Assembly: GCA_017935905.1 (NCBI GenBank)
Contig: JAGBGO010000064.1
Coordinates: forward strand, 28,596 to 92,595
Direction of reading: 5' to 3'
Length of the DNA stretch: 64,000 bases
DNA from: Clostridia bacterium
Lineage (GTDB): Bacteria; Bacillota; Clostridia; UBA1212; UBA1255
Under the pieces are notes generated by a model. It was not told the DNA's origin, did not search any database, and worked only from the letters and a program-made list of their open reading frames with translations. Shown here piece after piece: positions 9,377 to 17,544 of this stretch; within the stretch, counting starts at the first letter, position 1; the number at the start of each line of letters is the position of its first letter. The translations under genes and the position numbers were made by a program.

Positions 9377-9900
9377 TGCACGCGGCAGGCCCGAAGCAGC
9401 GCCTGACAAACTTCAATGGCTTTTTCAAGATCGAGACAGAAGGAACCGCCGATTTGTGCGGTTTCTTTTCTGTATTCTTGTAAAATGTGGGGGATACGGT
9501 TGGTTGTGGCGGCTGGGAGCCCGGTAAAATGGTCTTGATACCGGATCATATACCGATTTTGCATGCGTTCATATAAAATATGCTGCCGGATTTGGCATAA
9601 ATGGCCTTGAACGTGGGGAAAACAGCAAAAATCACTGAGATAATGGGCGATTTTACCCATGCGAAAGAAATACAGAAGCTTTTTACCGCCCGTTCCGTGA
9701 AAGCACAGCCGCTCCAATTGTTTGAATACGTACCGGTGAGACTGCCGGAAGAAGTGGGGGTGAACCAGTTGCATAGGGCTGAAGTCCGGCCACAGTGCGC
9801 CGAAACAAAAGGCGCATTTTGCCCCGATTCCGAACTGATTTCGGTCGGCACAAGCATCCCAGGCAATCTTTGCAATTGTTACGTGTGTCTTGATTTTCAT
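9280..9900 (-). CDS. Zinc-dependent phospholipase C family protein (YkuR-like)
   Basis: N-terminal MKIKTHVTIAKIAWD...FCFGALWPDFS resembles the conserved H..I.AK and FLLGSIFPD motifs of this ~200-aa family. The ORF's 3' end overlaps cysK convergently by 97 nt. Confidence 0.45.
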   Translation of the reverse strand: MKIKTHVTIAKIAWDACADRNQFGIGAKCAFCFGALWPDFSPMQLVHPHFFRQSHRYVFKQLERLCFHGTGGKKLLYFFRMGKIAHYLSDFCCFPHVQGHLCQIRQHILYERMQNRYMIRYQDHFTGLPAATTNRIPHILQEYRKETAQIGGSFCLDLEKAIEVCQALLRACRVHQENKGVDKYRSPVSGKITTTVFPAFSGRNPY

Positions 9901-9948
9901 AAAGCGTAGTATACCCGCCATTTTAGTGAAAAATGCACGAATCTTGCC

Positions 9949-9977
9949 TTGACAAAGCACCATATATTGTGTAGAAT
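9949..9977 (+). promoter_or_regulatory. Strong sigma-A promoter: TTGACA, 17-nt spacer, extended -10 TGtgTAGAAT
   Basis: Near-consensus hexamers directly upstream of rny. Confidence 0.65.
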
Positions 9978-10066
9978 ATAAAACGTTAGTAAGTTTTATG
10001 CATTTTTATTGATGTGTTATACATTCTATAGATTTGGATATACTTTGACAATTTAAGAAACAGAGG

Positions 10067-11653
10067 GTGGTAAACATGGATACTATTATTGTTGCAGCCT
10101 CTTTGATTGTCGTAGCGATTATTGCGTGTTTTATTGTACACAACATTGCCAAGAAGAAGTTTCTTGCCAAAGGTTATGAGACCAGAAAGGCAGAAGCAGA
10201 GGCCGTTTTCGGAAGTGCAGAAGCAGAAGGAAAGCGGATGATTGCCGATGCTGTTAAGGAAGGCGAGAATAAGAAGCGGGAATTCCTGCTTGCAGCAAAA
10301 GAAGAAATACACAAAAGTCGTATTGATTTTGACAGAGAAATCAAAGAGCGCAGAAATGAACTTCAGCGCAGCGAACGCCGGTTGATTCAGAAAGAAGAAA
10401 GTCTGGACAAGAAACTGGAGTTTTTAGAGCAGCGTGAAGAACAGATGAACGAGCGTGCTTCCGCACTTGCAAAGAGCGAGGAAGCCATTAAAGAGAATTT
10501 GGACCGTCAGATTACGGAGTTGGAGCGCATTTCCGGTATGAGCCGGGAAGAAGCCAAGGCTTGCTTGCTGAGCACGCTGGAGAACGAACTTCAACACGAA
10601 ACCGTAACGCTGATGAAAGAGTACGAAACGAAACTCAAAGACGAGTCTCAGGAGCGTGCTCGGGAGATTATTTCCACGGCTATTCAAAGATGTGCGGCGG
10701 ACTACGTTTCCGAAGCAACTATTTCCGTGGTACAGATTCCCAACGACGACATGAAGGGTCGTATTATCGGCCGTGAAGGTCGTAACATTCGCACGTTGGA
10801 GACTTTGACCGGTATCGACCTGATCATTGACGATACGCCGGAGTCCGTTATCCTTTCCGGTTACGATCCGGTTCGCCGAGAAGTTGCAAGAATTGCTTTG
10901 GAGAAGTTGATCGTAGACGGTCGTATTCATCCGGCTCGTATTGAAGAAATGGTGGAGAAGGCCAAGAAGGAAGTGGACGCCGTTATCCGTCAGGAAGGCG
11001 AGAACGCAACTTACGAAACAGGCGTATACGGATTACATTCTGAAATCGTTAAATTGCTGGGTCGCTTGAAGTACAGAACCAGTTACGGACAGAGCGTATT
11101 GATTCACTCCATTGAAGTTTCCAGACTTTGCGGTATCATGGCGGCAGAGTTGGGCGTAGACGTAGCTATGGCAAAACGTGCCGGCTTGATCCACGACATC
11201 GGTAAAGCCATTGACTTCGAAATGGAAGGTTCTCACGTAGACATCGGTGGCGAGGTTGCCAAGAAGTACAAAGAGTCTCCGCTGATTGTAAACTCCATTT
11301 TGGCACACCACGGCGATGTGGAGCCCGAATCCATTATTGCAGTGTTGGTACAGGCTGCCGATGCAATTTCTGCGGCAAGACCCGGTGCAAGAAGAGAGAG
11401 CTTGGAGAACTACATCAAGCGTCTTGAGAAATTGGAAGAGATTGCAAACTCCTTTGACGGCGTTGAGAAGACCTTCGCAATCCAGGCCGGTCGCGAAATT
11501 CGTATTATGGTAAAGCCCAATTGTATTTCGGACGACGGCATGGTATTGCAGGCGCGCGAAATCGTCAAGAAGATTGAAGACGAGATGGAATACCCCGGAC
11601 AGATCAAGGTGACCATGATTCGTGAGACAAGAACAGTAGATTACGCCAAGTAA
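10067..11653 (+). CDS. rny: Ribonuclease Y
   Basis: N-terminal TM helix and coiled coil, a KH domain ([22 protein letters not shown]) and an HD domain (HSIEVSRL...LIHDIGK). Confidence 0.9.
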   Translation: MVNMDTIIVAASLIVVAIIACFIVHNIAKKKFLAKGYETRKAEAEAVFGSAEAEGKRMIADAVKEGENKKREFLLAAKEEIHKSRIDFDREIKERRNELQRSERRLIQKEESLDKKLEFLEQREEQMNERASALAKSEEAIKENLDRQITELERISGMSREEAKACLLSTLENELQHETVTLMKEYETKLKDESQERAREIISTAIQRCAADYVSEATISVVQIPNDDMKGRIIGREGRNIRTLETLTGIDLIIDDTPESVILSGYDPVRREVARIALEKLIVDGRIHPARIEEMVEKAKKEVDAVIRQEGENATYETGVYGLHSEIVKLLGRLKYRTSYGQSVLIHSIEVSRLCGIMAAELGVDVAMAKRAGLIHDIGKAIDFEMEGSHVDIGGEVAKKYKESPLIVNSILAHHGDVEPESIIAVLVQAADAISAARPGARRESLENYIKRLEKLEEIANSFDGVEKTFAIQAGREIRIMVKPNCISDDGMVLQAREIVKKIEDEMEYPGQIKVTMIRETRTVDYAK

Positions 11654-11671
11654 TTAAGATGAAATGATGAA

Positions 11672-11708
11672 GCTGCCGCGGCACGTTGAAGGCTGCGGCA
11701 GTTTTTTG
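11672..11708 (+). terminator. Intrinsic terminator or attenuator after rny
   Basis: GC-rich hairpin gctgccgcg...ctgcggcag followed by TTTTTTG. Confidence 0.55.
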
Positions 11709-11717
11709 TAAGAAGCG

Positions 11718-11793
11718 TTTGGGCGCTGGGAGAAAAATTTTTGTACACGCCCAATTTTTGGGCGCTGGGAGAAAAAATTACGTATACGCCCAA
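11718..11793. repeat. Two tandem copies of a ~37-bp direct repeat (TTTGGGCGCTGGGAGAAAAA-TT-GTAyACGCCCAA)
   Basis: Seen in the rny-ymdB intergenic region. Each unit contains a GGGCG/CGCCC inverted pair. Confidence 0.7.
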
Positions 11794-11811
11794 AATAGAA
11801 AGGTGAACACT

Positions 11812-12585
11812 ATGCGAATTTTGTTTATTGGGGATATTTTTGGGAAGAGTGGAAGAGAACTGGCGGTTCGAATGATTCCGGAACTGCGGAAGGCATATCA
11901 AATCGACTTCTGCGTTGTAAACGGGGAGAATACCACTCATGGCCGCGGCATCGGTATGGATTCTGCTGATGAACTCTTAGCGGCAGGCGCCGATTGTATC
12001 ACCATGGGCAATCATACCTGGGGCAATTATGAAATCAATTCAATTATTGAAGACTATCCTATTATTCGTCCTGCCAATTTTGCCGAAGGTCTTCCCGGAA
12101 GGGGCAGCATCGTCCTGGAGAATGACAAAGGGATGAAACTTGCGGTACTGAATCTGCAAGGCAGAGTCTATATGGAATTATGTGACAATCCTTTTACCTG
12201 TGCCGCCCATGAAGTGGAGCGTCTCAAACAGGAAACGCCCAATATTCTTATTGATTTTCATGCAGAGGCCAGCGCGGAGAAGATTGCCCTTGCTTATTAT
12301 TTGCAGGGACAGGTTTCCGCAGTGATCGGCACCCACACCCACGTACAAACGGCGGATGAACAGATCTTGGAAGGTGGCACCGCCTACCTGACGGACGTGG
12401 GCATGACCGGCCCTACGGACGGGGTGATCGGTATGGACCGGCGAAACGTGATCAACAAATTTGTCAAATGCGTTCCCGTTCGGTTTGAACCTTCTAAAGG
12501 TCCGGCTACCTTGCACGGTGCCGTCATTGACGTAGACGAGCAAACGGGACGTGCCACGGAAATCATCCGGATTTCCGGGAAATAA
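11812..12585 (+). CDS. ymdB: 2',3'-cyclic-nucleotide 2'-phosphodiesterase YmdB (TIGR00282 metallophosphoesterase)
   Basis: MRILFIGDIFGKSGRE...VNGEN...GNHTWG metallophosphoesterase motifs, and the conserved rny-ymdB synteny. The ATG at 11812 follows SD aaaggtga. Confidence 0.8.
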   Translation: MRILFIGDIFGKSGRELAVRMIPELRKAYQIDFCVVNGENTTHGRGIGMDSADELLAAGADCITMGNHTWGNYEINSIIEDYPIIRPANFAEGLPGRGSIVLENDKGMKLAVLNLQGRVYMELCDNPFTCAAHEVERLKQETPNILIDFHAEASAEKIALAYYLQGQVSAVIGTHTHVQTADEQILEGGTAYLTDVGMTGPTDGVIGMDRRNVINKFVKCVPVRFEPSKGPATLHGAVIDVDEQTGRATEIIRISGK

Positions 12586-12753
12586 AATCGCTTTTTTTCG
12601 GTTCCTTCAAAATTTTTTGACTTTCTCAAAATGGCTCCGGAACTTGGTTTTGGCGCAATTCCAATCTTCCATTCTTCGGGAAATAATGGATTTTTCCTTT
12701 TGCAAGGTTTATCATTTTACTTGCAAAAAATATTTACCAAGGAGGAAGTCAAG

Positions 12754-13035
12754 ATGGACGTATTACGAGTATCATCAAAATCAAACCCGAATTTAGTGGC
12801 AGGAGCCCTTGCGGGTGTTATTCGCGAAGAGGGTGGAGCCGAGCTTCAGGCAATCGGTGCCGGTGCAATTAACCAAACCATGAAAGCAATTGCGATTTCA
12901 AGAGGGTATTTAGCACCTTCCGGCAAAGACGTAATTTGCGCACCTGCATTTTCCGATATTTATATTGACGGGGAAGAACGGACAGCAATGAAATTTCACA
13001 TTGAAGAAATTGATTTAGTGCCCTGTAACGGATAA
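12754..13035 (+). CDS. spoVS: Stage V sporulation protein S
   Basis: MDVLRVSSKSNPNLVAGALAGVIREEGGAELQAIGAGAINQTMKAIAISRGYLAPSG...APAFSDIYIDGEERTAMKF is near-identical in pattern to B. subtilis SpoVS. SD aaggagga lies 8 nt upstream. Confidence 0.9.
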   Translation: MDVLRVSSKSNPNLVAGALAGVIREEGGAELQAIGAGAINQTMKAIAISRGYLAPSGKDVICAPAFSDIYIDGEERTAMKFHIEEIDLVPCNG

Positions 13036-13060
13036 GAAAAAACCAACGAATTCAGTAAAG

Positions 13061-13097
13061 AAAGGCTGTGGACGGTAAGAAGTCTGCAGCCTTTTTC
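13061..13097 (+). terminator. Intrinsic terminator after spoVS
   Basis: Hairpin aaaggctgtggac...gtctgcagccttt followed by a T-run. Confidence 0.55.
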
Positions 13098-13114
13098 TAA
13101 ATGTTCAAAAACAA

Positions 13115-13147
13115 TTTACTTTCATTTCTTTCGGGCAATGATATAAT
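13115..13147 (+). promoter_or_regulatory. Putative promoter with extended -10 (TGaTATAAT) and TTTACT at -35, with a long spacer
   Basis: The -10 at 13142-13147 is clear. The -35 spacing is suboptimal (21 nt), so confidence is modest. Confidence 0.35.
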
Positions 13148-13166
13148 GAAAGGGAATCGTAAGCGA

Positions 13167-14597
13167 ATGAGGTTTATAACTGTGGGTGAGAGACGAAAGA
13201 AATTGGTACAGGGCGTGGGTATTTTACTGGTAAGTTTTTTGTGCTTCCAGTTTGTTTCCTGTATGCCCAAAGAGCGTACCCCTATTCGCTTCTGGCACGC
13301 CTACACCGGTGCGCAGGCTGAAATTTTCACCGAATTGGTTGCGGAATATAACCGGACCGTGGGGAAAGAAAGAGGCGTAGAGGTTTTCGCTTACTACAAA
13401 GCGCCCAAAGAAGAGCTTTCGGCGAATCTCAAGGACCTGCCTATGGATAAATTACCCAATATGATTCAAGTGTCCGGGGAAGCCGCTTACGTGGCATATT
13501 TGAATGGACGAATCGTCAATGCGGAAAGGTATTTGTCAAAAGACGCATTGTCTCAGTATGTTTCGGGATTTTTGGAAAGCGGACGCTTCACGTTGGGGGG
13601 CGGCACCTATATTTTCCCGCTTCAATCCTCTTTGGAAGTGATGTATCTCAATGCGGATTTATTTGAAACGTTTCGCAAAGAACATCCGCAATTTCACGTA
13701 GGGGACTTACGTACGTGGAACGGTCTTTATGAATTGGCGGAAGCTTATTATACCTGGTCGGAAGGCCGCAGTTTTATGGCCATTGAGGACTTGGGCAGTT
13801 ATTTAATGACTGTGTCCAGTCAGCATACCGCTTCCATTGTTCAGACCGGTACCAAAGGCGTACGTATCGTACTGAATTATGAAACTCTGGAAGAAATTTG
13901 GCGTTTTGTATACGGCGGTGCCTTGCGGGGATATATTTCCGTATCGGAAGACAGCCTGAACAATCAAATGGAACAGGAAGGATTGGTTTGTTATCTGACT
14001 TCTACGGAGAATGCCAAGTGGGCTCCTGAAACCTATTTGGATATTGAAGGACAGCAGAAAGAAGTGCATTTATTGATTCGCCAATATCCCAGCGTGACGC
14101 CTGCCTATGCAGTGGTGCCCCATCAAGTCAGCGGCGCTGTTGTCATCAACCACGATGATGTCCTGAATCAAGAATCCTATCGATTCTTGGATTGGGTTTG
14201 CAAACAGGAACGGACGTATCCCTTCTGCACCGAAGGCAAACGGCTGCCGGTGCATCAAGACCTTTTGCAGAATACACAAATTCAAATGCAACTTATGGAT
14301 ACACATCTTCGCAATACAGACGCCATCGCGGCTTCCGTGTATATGGAAGCGTGCAGCCAGGCAGCCTATTTGAATACGTACAGCAGCACGATTTTCTACG
14401 GAAGTGAAAGCTTTATTCAAGAAATCGGCGATTCTTTGCAAAAAGCTGTTCGGGAAGGCGTTCTTGCAGTTACAGAGCGGATGCAAGAAGGCCATACCCG
14501 AGAAGAGGCTGTTTCTATGGTGGATACGGAGGATGCGTTCCAACAGTGGATTCAGAACTTAGAAACCATTCAGAACCGGTATTCTGCCGGTCACTGA
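13167..14597 (+). CDS. Extracellular solute-binding-protein-like lipoprotein (orphan, no adjacent permease)
   Basis: Signal peptide and lipobox (ILLVSFLCFQFVSC). IRFWHAYTGAQAEIFTELVAEYNRT resembles the N-terminus of family-1 ABC substrate-binding proteins. The start codon is uncertain (13146 vs 13167). Confidence 0.45.
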   Translation: MRFITVGERRKKLVQGVGILLVSFLCFQFVSCMPKERTPIRFWHAYTGAQAEIFTELVAEYNRTVGKERGVEVFAYYKAPKEELSANLKDLPMDKLPNMIQVSGEAAYVAYLNGRIVNAERYLSKDALSQYVSGFLESGRFTLGGGTYIFPLQSSLEVMYLNADLFETFRKEHPQFHVGDLRTWNGLYELAEAYYTWSEGRSFMAIEDLGSYLMTVSSQHTASIVQTGTKGVRIVLNYETLEEIWRFVYGGALRGYISVSEDSLNNQMEQEGLVCYLTSTENAKWAPETYLDIEGQQKEVHLLIRQYPSVTPAYAVVPHQVSGAVVINHDDVLNQESYRFLDWVCKQERTYPFCTEGKRLPVHQDLLQNTQIQMQLMDTHLRNTDAIAASVYMEACSQAAYLNTYSSTIFYGSESFIQEIGDSLQKAVREGVLAVTERMQEGHTREEAVSMVDTEDAFQQWIQNLETIQNRYSAGH

Positions 14598-15430
14598 CGA
14601 ATTACGGCGCGAACGGCTTTTCCTGTTTCAGCGTCAAAATAATGTAAACCGTAGCCGGTGTATTCAAATACGCCGGTTATTTTATTTTGTGCCGGAATCC
14701 ACCGCGGGCTGCCGGCATCCTGCCCGCCGCTTTCTAATCCGGGGACTCCCAGTATAAACAAAACTCTCCCGTCGTTTTCTTCCGTATAGCGGCCGAACAG
14801 AAAATGTCCGAAACGCACCAAAGCACTTTGCAGCGCCGTATACAAAGGGGGATAAGGAATTAAACCGGTTTGTGCCATTAACCGGTGAAACTCTTCATTA
14901 TTTTGGCACAGCCACCATTGATAGGCCTCGTTGGTGGTGTTAAAAGGATCAAAGGACGTAAGGGCAATGGAAAAGGGTTGCGGGTCCTCGTGTGCTTCTG
15001 TCACCTCTTCAGCCGGTTCCGGCTCCTCCGGACTTTCAGGGATTTCCTGAATTTCGGGATCCTCTGTCGCCGGCTGTTCGTCCGTGACTTCCGGCGCGGT
15101 GTAAAGCACCGCTGCGGCAATCGGCCTTCCGCCGCTGAAAAGGGTGTAATCCACACTGCCTTCCGGAAAAGTCTGTTGGGATAAAGCTACGGTGCATCGA
15201 CCTCTGTATTTTCCGGCATTTGCAGACGGGGGGAAATGCATGGGGGTTTCTCCGCATTTTACCGCCAAATGCTCCGTAAAACATCCTTCCATACCCATTC
15301 CACACGCCGGAGCCCGATCCAGCACCACCATTATTTCGATTTTTCCGGGAAGTAAATTCAAACAAAGATAACCGTTTTCCCCGCCCTCCGGCGTCCTTAA
15401 CGGATAATATCCCCCTTGTAACCAATCCAT
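14591..15430 (-). CDS. Hypothetical protein with a central acidic Pro/Glu-rich linker
   Basis: 279-aa ORF with coding-like composition. Linker EVTDEQPATEDPEIQEIPESPEEPEPAEEVTEAHEDPQP. No family recognised. Confidence 0.4.
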   Translation of the reverse strand: MDWLQGGYYPLRTPEGGENGYLCLNLLPGKIEIMVVLDRAPACGMGMEGCFTEHLAVKCGETPMHFPPSANAGKYRGRCTVALSQQTFPEGSVDYTLFSGGRPIAAAVLYTAPEVTDEQPATEDPEIQEIPESPEEPEPAEEVTEAHEDPQPFSIALTSFDPFNTTNEAYQWWLCQNNEEFHRLMAQTGLIPYPPLYTALQSALVRFGHFLFGRYTEENDGRVLFILGVPGLESGGQDAGSPRWIPAQNKITGVFEYTGYGLHYFDAETGKAVRAVIRQ

Positions 15431-15543
15431 ACGCGCAGCCCGCCTTTCTACATAAGATACAGTATAGGTATGCGCCTCTTGGTGGAATTATGTATGGCCG
15501 GTGCATACCATAATAACCGAGAGAATTGTCAGAAGGGCGAAAA

Positions 15544-16434
15544 ATGAACAAATACAGGTTTGCGTTAATAGGCGGGGATTTGCGCAGCAGCCGCCTTGGG
15601 GAAATGCTGGAAAACGGCGGTCATCCGGTGGTTTGTTACGCTTTGGAGGGGGGTAAAATGGGCGGCCATTATAACCGCCTGGCATCGGTGGCGGAAGCTT
15701 CCGGTCAAGGAGACGTTCTTGTAGGCCCGGTGCCCCTTACCACCGACGGAACTACCTTGAACACGCCGCTTCACGTAGGCACCGTGTCTTTGGAAGAATT
15801 GGTACAAGGAATTGGACGCGGCAAACTTTTTATTGCCGGTGCCATTCCGCCGTCTCTTCGGAAAAAACTTGAAGACCGTGGCGTCCTTGTGGAAGATTTG
15901 TTGGAACGGGAAGATTTAGCAATTTTGAATTCCGTACCTACGGCGGAAGGGGCCATTCAAATTGCAATGGAAGAACTGCCGGTAACCATTCAAGGATTAA
16001 ACGTATTGGTCACCGGGTACGGCAGAGTGGGAAAGACCCTCTGCGCTGATTTGAAAGCGCTGGGGGCGCAGGTGTGGGCCTGCGTGCGAAATCCAAAGGA
16101 CGTGGCGTATGCCTATGCTTCGGGGATTCACACTTGCAGCTATGAAAACGTATACGACGTACTGCCGCAAATGGGACTGTTTTATAACACGGTACCGAAA
16201 CAGGTGGTCTCCCGCAGTATTTTAGAGCGGCTACCGAAAGCTTGTTTGCTGATTGACGTGGCCTCCAATCCGGGAGGCGTGGATTTGGAAGTAGCCCGGG
16301 AATTGGAAATTCGGGTGATCAAAGCCTTGTCCCTGCCGGGAAAAGTGGCGCCGGTAACGGCAGCGGAGAATATGCAGTCGGTGATTTTCAATATTATTGC
16401 TGAAAAAGAGAAAGAGGTGATGGGGCATGCTTGA
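15544..16434 (+). CDS. dpaA: Dipicolinate synthase subunit A
   Basis: MNKYRFALIGGDLR N-terminus and an NAD-binding core (ILNSVPTAEGAIQIA...VLVTGYGRVGKT...LIDVASNPGG) match SpoVFA. Confidence 0.8.
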   Translation: MNKYRFALIGGDLRSSRLGEMLENGGHPVVCYALEGGKMGGHYNRLASVAEASGQGDVLVGPVPLTTDGTTLNTPLHVGTVSLEELVQGIGRGKLFIAGAIPPSLRKKLEDRGVLVEDLLEREDLAILNSVPTAEGAIQIAMEELPVTIQGLNVLVTGYGRVGKTLCADLKALGAQVWACVRNPKDVAYAYASGIHTCSYENVYDVLPQMGLFYNTVPKQVVSRSILERLPKACLLIDVASNPGGVDLEVARELEIRVIKALSLPGKVAPVTAAENMQSVIFNIIAEKEKEVMGHA

Positions 16435-17011
16435 GGGAATGCGGGTAGGTTTTGCGGTGACCGGTTCATTCTGCACCCACCGGGCCTCTTTGCAGGCCAT
16501 GGAGGATTTGGTAAAACAGGGGGTAGACGTCTATCCGATTTTATCCTACAACAGTTCTGAAATGAGTACACGGTTTATGGCCAATACGGAGCTGATTGAA
16601 CGGTCTATTGCCATCAGCGGCCACGAACCCATTTGTACCATTAAGGATGCGGAGCCCATTGGGCCTAAGAAGTTATTTGACGCGGTGGTGATCGTGCCTT
16701 GTACCGGCAATACCCTGGCAAAACTGGCAAATTCCATTACGGATACGCCGGTTTTGATGGCGGCAAAATCCCACCTTCGAAACAACCGACCTTTAATCCT
16801 GGCGGTGTCCACCAACGACGGTCTGTCCGGCAGTGCCAAGAATATCGGACTTTTGCTTTCTATGAAGAATTACTATTTCGTGCCCTTTGGCCAGGACGAC
16901 TGCGTGCGAAAGCCATTTTCCTTGGTAGCGGACTTTGGTTTACTGGGGGAAACCCTGTCTGCGGCATTGGCGGGAAAACAGCTTCAACCCGTATTGCTGC
17001 CGGGAAAATAA
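16427..17011 (+). CDS. dpaB: Dipicolinate synthase subunit B (flavoprotein)
   Basis: VGFAVTGSFCT... flavoprotein fold. Overlaps the dpaA stop, as in spoVFA-spoVFB. Confidence 0.8.
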   Translation: MLEGMRVGFAVTGSFCTHRASLQAMEDLVKQGVDVYPILSYNSSEMSTRFMANTELIERSIAISGHEPICTIKDAEPIGPKKLFDAVVIVPCTGNTLAKLANSITDTPVLMAAKSHLRNNRPLILAVSTNDGLSGSAKNIGLLLSMKNYYFVPFGQDDCVRKPFSLVADFGLLGETLSAALAGKQLQPVLLPGK

Positions 17012-17047
17012 TTGGAAAATATTTTTCGGAAATATCGCCTCCCGGTA

Positions 17048-17076
17048 TTGAAATTCTGTGGTTCTTATGGTAAAAT
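17048..17076 (+). promoter_or_regulatory. Sigma-A promoter: TTGAAA, 17-nt spacer, extended -10 TGgTAAAAT
   Basis: Read directly upstream of the small P-loop ORF. Confidence 0.55.
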
Positions 17077-17115
17077 ATGAACAAATAATTAAAAACATAT
17101 TTGGAGGCGGTATCG

Positions 17116-17523
17116 ATGATTAAAGTTTTCTACGGGAAAAAGGGTATGGGCAAGACAAAGCAAATGCTTGAAAATGCGAACGCCATCGTAACCCAGAGCA
17201 ATGGCAATGTTGTTTACATTGACGACAGTAATGAGTTGCTGATGAAGTTATCGCACAAGATTCGCTTTATTAACATTTTGGATTACCCGGTATCCGGTGC
17301 AGAGCCGTTCCTTGGTTTTATTTGCGGTGTCGCTTCTCAGAACTATGATATTGAAACCATCTTTATCGATGGACTCACCTATATTGTACACCAGGGTATT
17401 GACTCTATGCGCAGCTTCTTTGAGGGAATTGACAAAATTTCTAAAGAGCATAACGTACACTTCTATATCAGTATCAATGGAGATGAGAACAATATTCCGG
17501 ACTTCATTGCACCCTACGTGTAA
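17116..17523 (+). CDS. Small stand-alone P-loop NTPase-like protein (135 aa), function unknown
   Basis: Walker A-like GKKGMGKTK, a Walker B-like VVYIDD, SD ggaggcgg and its own promoter. Confidence 0.5.
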   Translation: MIKVFYGKKGMGKTKQMLENANAIVTQSNGNVVYIDDSNELLMKLSHKIRFINILDYPVSGAEPFLGFICGVASQNYDIETIFIDGLTYIVHQGIDSMRSFFEGIDKISKEHNVHFYISINGDENNIPDFIAPYV

Positions 17524-17544
17524 GGAGGTTCTTCCCGAAAGCGT

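Noticed and set aside
9601-9909. 102-aa plus-strand ORF opposite the PLC-like gene
   Set aside because: The longer minus-strand frame shows recognisable family motifs (H..I.AK, FGALWPDFS). The plus-strand ORF has no SD and is the antisense shadow.
11718-11793. Possible CRISPR array
   Set aside because: There are only two repeat copies with no spacer-like unique sequence between them, and no cas genes in the window.
11686-11811. N-terminal extension of ymdB through the 37-bp direct repeats
   Set aside because: The conserved YmdB N-terminus (MRILFIGDIFGK) starts at 11812 behind an SD. The extension is repeat DNA.
12631-12753. Long start for spoVS (track start 12631)
   Set aside because: SpoVS is an ~86-93-aa protein. 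The conserved MDVLRV start at 12754 has a perfect SD.
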